Shown here: in pieces, positions 37,526 through 44,510 of the stretch
Layout of the letters: every line of letters begins with the position of its first letter
Numbering within the stretch: the stretch's first letter is position 1
Assembly (NCBI RefSeq): GCF_001194135.2
Contig: NC_068983.1
Span: 6,184,767 to 6,229,276, forward strand
Origin: Octopus bimaculoides
Lineage: Eukaryota
Direction: 5' to 3'
Length of the DNA stretch: 44,510 nt
Notes under the pieces: generated by a model
What the model saw: the letters and a program-made list of their open reading frames with translations, nothing else
Databases searched by the model: none
Told to the model about the DNA's origin: nothing
Made by a program: the position numbers and the translations under genes

Positions 37526-38274
37526 GGAGAGAGATCTTACTCCTGCCTTCTCTGATGCCTCCTGCTGTCTGCTTTCTCGCTCTGTATGCGATTCCCAGCC
37601 TTCTAATTTGGTTTGGTGTCATGAGTTACAACTTCCCAGCTATATACTAACACTAACGAATCACACTTGTCACACCCCGTTTAATTCCCTCTCTCCCCTT
37701 TCTCTCTCTCTCTCTCTCACTCTCTCTCTCTCTCTCTGTCAGTCTGTCTGTTTGCCTGCCTGCCTGTCACCTTCCTCACCCACTCAAATAAATTTGTCGC
37801 TAACGGCCAGACAACAGCCCGTTGTTTAAACAAAATAACAATTGAAGTAATTAAGTGAAGGTTATTGTACCGTGAGATAACATAGAGACAGAATAACAAC
37901 AAAATATCATACATTTCTCTTTGGTTTACATTTCTAATCTGATTATTTGTATATTATTGTTTTCAGGCTTGCCACAATCACGCCTCGTATACTCCTCATT
38001 AGCTTCGGGGGATCCATCTATGAAATTTCTCTTCCAGTCACGACATGTGTTTGTGTGTTACCCCTTTAGACTGATTTTATTTTATCATTGTTTTTAATAT
38101 GGAACGATATCGAAGACACAATCGAAATTTTGGTGCTACTTTGGTGTGTGATCTACAAATTAAAGGGTGATTACTTTAGGTTACTGTTTAGTTTACTTTT
38201 CGATTACTAGAAAGACTTAACACGTTGGCTACAGATTTTTTACACCTTAACGTTGTAGATCACACGTCAAAGAA

Positions 38275-38482
38275 GGTTGTGAGCTGGCAGAAACGTTATC
38301 ACGTGGCAGAAACGTTATCACGTGGTAGAAACGTTATCACGTGGCAGAAACGTTATCACGTGGCAGAAACGTTAGCACGCCGGGCGAAATGCTTAGCGGT
38401 ATTCCGTCTGCCGTTACGTTCTGAGTTCAAATTCCGCTGAGGTCGACTTTACCTTTCATCCTTTCGGGGTCGATAAATTTGG
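38275..38482 (+). mobile_element. SINE family A with a five-fold tandem A-box region
   Basis: 19-bp unit TGGCAGAAACGTTA(T/G)CACG x5 at 38285-38379, followed by a normal body. Confidence 0.88.
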
Positions 38483-38520
38483 TATTTACATATCTACCGC
38501 GTCCCGCCGGCACTTGATGT

Positions 38521-39190
38521 GGATCTTGTTCAAAACGGGGGCACCAGTTTTCATTAATGTTTTATGTAGTGTTTTTGGTACCGAAAGACTTTCAAACTTC
38601 GTATACTTATCTATTTTGTGTTATAGAACAGAAAAAAATTTTTGTATTCGGATTTATTTCATGTAAAAATTTGTCTTATTTCGATAATTTCAACCAATCA
38701 CTGACAAGTATTCAGCTGTTTATAGTTACTCCTAAGCGGTGTAAAGCGTATTTAATCTCCATTACTTCTGACATTTTGCAGAGGTAACACACGTGTGTTC
38801 ATTTTCCCTAACCCTAACCCTAACCCTAACCCTAACCCTAATTGACTTGCTCCTTCCCTCAAAAACCATGCCTTGTGCCTATAATAGAAAGGTTTATTAG
38901 CTACTGCCAATATGCTTCAGCCATTTTTTGACAAGGAAATAATAATTTTATCACCGCCGCGAATCGTTTGTTTACGTAGTCAACACTTAATTTTTACGGC
39001 TGAATGGACGTCAGTCATTGGTCGAAATTACAGAAATACGACAATTTTAATATGAAATAACTTGCGGTGTACGTTTTTTGTTAAGAAGACTAAGAGAAAA
39101 AGATGTTTTATATGACACATTCTACCAGTGTCCCAAGTTTCAAAGTGTTTCGTTAAGAAAATACTGGTGCCCCCGTTTTGAACAAGATCC
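38521..39190. mobile_element. 670-bp non-autonomous DNA transposon with 28-bp perfect TIRs and 8-bp TSD (Merlin-like by its termini)
   Basis: TIR GGATCTTGTTCAAAACGGGGGCACCAGT at 38521-38548 and, reverse-complemented, at 39163-39190. TSD CTTGATGT at 38513-38520 and 39191-39198. Confidence 0.9.
38806..38841. repeat. Interstitial telomere-type repeat (CCCTAA)6
   Basis: Six perfect units seen directly. Confidence 0.95.
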
Positions 39191-39325
39191 CTTGATGTTA
39201 TTGTGCTGTTTATTTTATCGTGAGATATATGTTATCGTACCTAGCCAGTCCTGGTGTCCTACGAATCAGTGTGCCTTGATTGTTACATACATATATCCAT
39301 ATGTATCTTGATTGTTACATACATT

Positions 39326-39409
<84 letters not shown>

Positions 39410-39502
39410 GAAAATTTTAAATATTCCCATTTTACAAAATAAACAATGAAAATGTACAACTACGAACGCAAATAAAGAATACTTTACAAGAATTCTAAAC
39501 CC

Positions 39503-40409
39503 GAAACCAATCCGAAAGTCAATCAGGTCTATCGCCAGGGATATGGGAGTGTCTGAGTTTTTTATCAGGCAGATAGTGCATGAAGACATTCGTTATTCCT
39601 TATACAAGATGAGAATGGGCCAATTTTTATCTCAAACTGTCAAAGACAAGAGGAAAGATCGGGCCACGAGGTTTTTGAACACAAGCATCCCCTCCAACCG
39701 AACATGCTTTGGTTTTCCTCGGACGAGAAAAGTTTCTGCCAGGATCAGATGGTGAACACACAGAACAACCGTTGGCTTACCATGTCCCCAAAACATGTAC
39801 CGAGAGTGATGAAAATCAAGCATCCAGTCAACGTCATAGCGTTTGGAGTGATCACTAGTAATGGCAACATTATGCCTCCATTCATCTTCCCACACGGCCT
39901 CAGACTCAACACGGTGGCCTACATCAAGTGCCTGGAGGAGGTAGTGCTGCCCTGGGTCAAGAGGGTGGCTGCTGGAAGACCCTATGTCTGGCAACAGGAC
40001 TCTGCACCATGCCACACAAGCAGGAGAACCCAGTCATGGCTGTCAGACAACTTCTGTGACCACATCACCCCTAACATCTGGCCACCTAACTCCCCAGACT
40101 ACAACTCCCTTGGAAATTATGTGTGGGGCACAGTTGAGCGAGAAACAAACAAAACTCCTTGTAACACCAAAGATGAACTGAAGGCAAGGATTATGGCAGC
40201 ATTGACCAACTTAAACAAGGGGACCCTCCAGAAGAGTTGCAGGAGATTCCGAAGTCGTCGTCGTCGTGGTTGAAGCCAATGGCGATTTTATTGAATAAAT
40301 TTACTCTTTAGAATTTCAAGATATTTTTAGGTAAATTTGGTAAATATGTGATGTCAGTGCTATTTTCATTTTTGCGTAATTTAGACGACAATTTATTCAC
40401 CGCACCATA
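39503..40409 (+). pseudogene. 5'-truncated DD37D/maT transposase with right TIR
   Basis: HTH-like SIRSIARDMGVSEFFIRQIVHEDI, a frameshift, then FSSDEK..WQQDSAPCH..WPPNSPDYNSLG. There are 37 residues between the second D and the third catalytic site, which is G here. Right TIR GACAATTTATTCACCGCACC at 40387-40406, followed by ATATA. Confidence 0.9.
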
Positions 40410-40483
40410 TATATGTACATACATACATATATAGTAGACTTACTTGCAAAAAAGGACGTGTGCGTTCAATAATGTAATAATAC

Positions 40484-40838
40484 AAAGAATATATATACAT
40501 GTATACACACATATATGTACATACTTACATCTACATGTGTATATACATGCATATCAGGGTACAGGACGTTAGAACAATAAACTACAGACAACGGAACGAA
40601 CACATAGGAAAACGGAGGCCACTTGGAATATCCCTTCATCAGCTGTCTCTTTCGAAACGTCTAGATGGAATAGAGACAGCTGATGAAGGGATATTCCAAG
40701 TGGCCTCCGTTTTCCTATGTGTTCGTTCCGTTGTCTGTAGTTTATTGTTCTAACGTCCTGTACCCTGATATGCATGTATATACACATGTAGATGTAAGTA
40801 TGTACATATATGTGTGTATACATGTATATATATTCTTT
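40484..40838. repeat. Perfect inverted repeat, 167-bp arms, 21-nt spacer
   Basis: 40484-40650 equals the reverse complement of 40672-40838; the right arm ends at an N gap. Confidence 0.9.
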
Positions 40839-40932
40839 NNNNNNNNNNNNNNNNNNNNNNNNNNNNNNNNNNNNNNNNNNNNNNNNNNNNNNNNNNNNNN
40901 NNNNNNNNNATATATATATATATATATATATA

Positions 40933-41125
40933 GGCTGTGTGATAACAAGCTTGTTTCCCAAACACATGATTCTAGGGCATCAGTCCCACTGCGTGGTACC
41001 TTCGGGAAGTGTGTTTTACTAGAGACTCGGGCCGACCAAAGCCTTGCGAGTGGATTTGGTAAACGGGAATTGAAAGAGGCCCGTTGTATATCTATATATT
41101 TGTGTGTGTGTGTGTCTGTGTGTGT
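40933..41125 (+). mobile_element. SINE family B, 5' half
   Basis: GGCTGTGTGATAACAAGCTTG..CTCGGGCCGACCAAAGCCTTG. Confidence 0.82.
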
Positions 41126-41193
41126 GTACGTACCTATATATATGTTGACATAAATAAATATATTTTTATACCACATACATATATACACACGCG

Positions 41194-41233
<40 letters not shown>

Positions 41234-41987
41234 CACATATAGAGAATGCATATGTCTACATGTGTGTGTATGTGAGTGTGCGAGCGCATGCGTGAGTGTA
41301 TTCATAAAAAAAGGCAACGTATTCGTCCTTAGAAAAACTTCCCAACGTATATCGCAAAAATAAGAACAAAACAACAAAAAAAATGTCCCTATTAACACCA
41401 ACCAACAACATCCGCGACCACAAACACTCCCTATTATCGCGCCTTCACCATCACCTCCAGCAAAGAAAAACAATATAGACAAAAACAAACAAACAAACAT
41501 AACTAATAATAATAACAACAATAACCATAACAATAACACCAAAACAAAAACAAAAAAACCCAAACAAGCACAATAAAAAATTATTACGATTACAGCTACT
41601 ACAACCGAGCCGTCTGTTGCGATTGAACCCCTAATTAGCGGAAATATTGTAATCGCCTTTACAATTACGGATATCTAGCAAGGAAAGGGCGGTAGGGATC
41701 TTACCTCCTCTTCCCTCTTCTCTTGGCATCCCTCCCCCCATTATCTTCCTCCTTATGTATTTTCCTCTGTAAATCTTTCGTCCAATTCCTCTTCCCGTCC
41801 CTCCCCACCACCACCACTACAACTCCTTGCTTTCTTCTTACTCGCAATGTTTTCCTGTTTAATGTTTTTGTTTTGTTTTTTCTTTATCTTTCATATGTGG
41901 TGTTTATGGTATTGTTGTTATTCCCTACCTGAAACTGACTTATGACTGAAGCCATTCCAGAAATGGCCCCTGCAACTTGAATTTCGT

Positions 41988-42192
41988 GTAGAATTGTTAA
42001 CACGCCGGGCAAAATTCTTGCCGGCATTTTGTCTGTCTTTACGTTCTGATTTCAAATTCCGCCGAGGTCGACTTTGCCTTTCATCTCTTTCGAGGTCGAT
42101 AAATAAGTACCAATTTGAACACTGAGGTTGATGTAATCGACTTAGCCCCTCCACCAAATTGCTGGCCTTGTGCCAAAATTTGAAACCAATAT
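41988..42192 (+). mobile_element. SINE family A
   Basis: Body and tail match the family. Confidence 0.88.
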
Positions 42193-42332
42193 TATCCAAT
42201 GTGTCTATTCCTTTCATGATATGACGATGTCATTTCAGGAAATTTTAGCTAGAATCTCTAGCACATACATACTTATATACATGCATACACACAAGCACAC
42301 TCACACACACACATACACATATATGTATATAA

Positions 42333-42372
<40 letters not shown>

Positions 42373-42399
42373 ATAGACGGACAGAAAGATGCGACAAGA

Positions 42400-42535
42400 T
42401 TCCAATCTACATCTGCCAAATTCACACACAAGGAATAAAGACCTCGGTCAGGAGTTATTGTAGAAAATACTTGCTCAAGGTGCCGCGCAGTGGGACTGAA
42501 CCTGAAACAACATAGTCGTAAACCTATGCCTACAC
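42400..42535 (-). mobile_element. SINE family B, diverged 5' half
   Basis: CTCAAGGTGCCGCGCAGTGGGACTGAACC is the reverse complement of the family B head. Confidence 0.7.
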
Positions 42536-42537
42536 TG

Positions 42538-42983
42538 ATATTGGTTTCAAATTTTGGCAAAGCCCAGGATTTCGGCGAGAAGTAAGTCGATTATATCGAT
42601 CCCGCCTGTTCAACTGGTACTTTTTCTATCGACCCCGAAAGAATGAAAGGCAAAGTTGACTCCGGCAGTATTTGAACTCAGAACGTAAAGACGGACGAAA
42701 TGCCGCGAAACATTTTGCCCGGCGTGCTAACTATATTGCCAGCTCGCCGCCTAATACTTGCATTCATATGCTTTTCTTCTCTAGGCAGCAGGCCCGAAAT
42801 TATGGGGGAGGGGGCCAGTCGATTAGATTGACTCCAGTACGCAACTGGTACTTAGTTTATCCACCCCCGAAAGGAAGAAAGGCAAAGTCGGCCTCGGAGG
42901 AATTTGAACTCAGGACTTAAAGACACGAAATACTACTAAGCATTTCGCCCGGCGTGCTAACCTCTCTGCCACCTCGCCGCCTT
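42538..42983 (-). mobile_element. Two tandem SINE family A copies (about 42538-42752 and 42775-42983)
   Basis: Two successive tail/body/head sets. Confidence 0.88.
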
Positions 42984-43868
42984 TACCTGCACCCGTATTG
43001 TCACCAAATAACAATACAGTAATCTCTGGCCGTATTGCGGTTCACCTGTCGCCGTTTATTATTTAATCTTACATCGATTCCTCCGTGGTGTTGTTTCGCT
43101 TTTATAATAAAATAAATGGATACNNNNNNNNNNNNNNNNNNNNNNNNNNNNNNNNNNNNNNNNNNNNNNNNNNNNNNNNNNNNNNNNNNNNNNNNNNNNN
43201 NNNNNNNNNNNNNNNNNNNNNNNNNNNNNNNNNNNNNNNNNNNNNNNNNNNNNNNNNNNNNNNNNNNNNNNNNNNNNNNNNNNNNNNNNNNNNNNNNNNN
43301 NNNNNNNNNNNNNNNNNNNNNNNNNNNNNNNNNNNNNNNNNNNNNNNNNNNNNNNNNNNNNNNNNNNNNNNNNNNNNNNNNNNNNNNNNNNNNNNNNNNN
43401 NNNNNNNNNNNNNNNNNNNNNNNNNNNNNNNNNNNNNNNNNNNNNNNNNNNNNNNNNNNNNNNNNNNNNNNNNNNNNNNNNNNNNNNNNNNNNNNNNNNN
43501 NNNNNNNNNNNNNNNNNNNNNNNNNNNNNNNNNNNNNNNNNNNNNNNNNNNNNNNNNNNNNNNNNNNNNNNNNNNNNNNNNNNNNNNNNNNNNNNNNNNN
43601 NNNNNNNNNNNNNNNNNNNNNNNNNNNNNNNNNNNNNNNNNNNNNNNNNNNNNNNNNNNNNNNNNNNNNNNNNNNNNNNNNNNNNNNNNNNNNNNNNNNN
43701 NNNNNNNNNNNNNNNNNNNNNNNNNNNNNNNNNNNNNNNNNNNNNNNNNNNNNNNNNNNNNNNNNNNNNNNNNNNNNNNNNNNNNNNNNNNNNNNNNNNN
43801 NNNNNNNNNNNNNNNNNNNNNNNNNNNNNNNNNNNNNNNNNNNNNNNNNNNNNNNNNNNNNNNNNNNN

Positions 43869-43899
<31 letters not shown>

Positions 43900-43904
<5 letters not shown>

Positions 43905-44112
43905 TGTGTCTGTGTTTGCCCCCCCCAAATCATCGCTTGACAACCGATGTTGGTGTGTTTACGTCCCCATAACTTAGCGGTTCGGCAAAAGAGGGATCGA
44001 TATAATAAGTACCAGGCTTACAAGGAATAAGTCCTGGGGGATCGATTTGTTGGACTAAAAAAGGCGGGGTGCTACAGCAGGGCCGCAGTCAAATGCCTGA
44101 AACAAGTAAAAG
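43900..44112 (+). mobile_element. SINE family B, 3' half
   Basis: Matches 32620-32810. Confidence 0.88.
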
Positions 44113-44140
44113 GAAAACTAAACAAGGTACAATAATGTTT

Positions 44141-44222
44141 GTACTTCGCGGATTTTCACCTAACACGGGTGGGGGGAGTGGGGTTGGAACGTAACACTCG
44201 CGATAGTCGAGGGATTAATGTA
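44141..44222 (+). mobile_element. Right end of a pogo/Tigger-like MITE
   Basis: CGCGGATTTTCACC..GGAACGTAAC..CGCGATAGTCGAGGGATTAATG|TA resembles Tigger-type termini (recall). The partner end was not seen. Confidence 0.45.
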
Positions 44223-44510
44223 GTTGTTTGTTTGTATTTATTTATCTTGTTTGACATGATTGTTGTTTTATTTTCATTTTATTTTACATTTTGCATTTGT
44301 TGTTAGCAATTTGTCTAAGTTTATCGTGTTGTCTTGCTCTGTTTACTCGTTGTTTGCTATTTAAAGGAAAAGTTCCATTAGTTGTCGTTAGCTATGTGAT
44401 TAGAGTGCTCAACCAGACACCTCTGTACCACCCTTCGGTTCTCGCTGTTCGCACCGAAAAGACGACAGAAGACGAGACACATGGTGTGACCTTCTCCTTA
44501 ACACACACAC

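Noticed and set aside
37967-38060. Acceptor-like TTGTTTTCAG followed by complex sequence (a similar case occurs at 8790-8880)
   Set aside because: No convincing donor or recognisable peptide, and no partner exons; cannot be supported without RNA data.
38285-38379. CRISPR-like regular repeat
   Set aside because: Units are contiguous with no spacers and are part of a SINE head; eukaryotic context with no cas genes.
38806-38841. True chromosome end or telomere
   Set aside because: Only six units, internal to a TIR element with normal flanks on both sides.

Overview
AT-rich eukaryotic (animal) draft-assembly window with many N gaps and extreme microsatellite density. The SINE families and repeat landscape point to an octopod cephalopod genome (inference, not a database match). 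No intact host protein-coding gene can be supported; almost all ORFs in the track are translations of microsatellites or N runs. The window is an intergenic or intronic transposon graveyard. It holds about 30 copies of three tRNA-headed SINE families and decayed Tc1/mariner transposases (one DD34D mariner, two DD37D/maT copies). It also holds a Penelope-like fragment framed by inverted terminal repeats with hammerhead-like cores, two RLE-type non-LTR 3' ends sitting in microsatellites, Tx1/L1 and RTE 3' remnants, and a complete non-autonomous Helitron. The most unusual objects are a 670-bp element with 28-bp TIRs, an 8-bp TSD and a (CCCTAA)6 core; a 522-bp element with 116-bp TG..CA inverted arms enclosing a LINE ORF2 tail; an RLE retroelement bounded on both sides by (ATAC)n; a SINE with a five-fold repeated A-box; and a perfect 167-bp-arm palindrome next to a gap.
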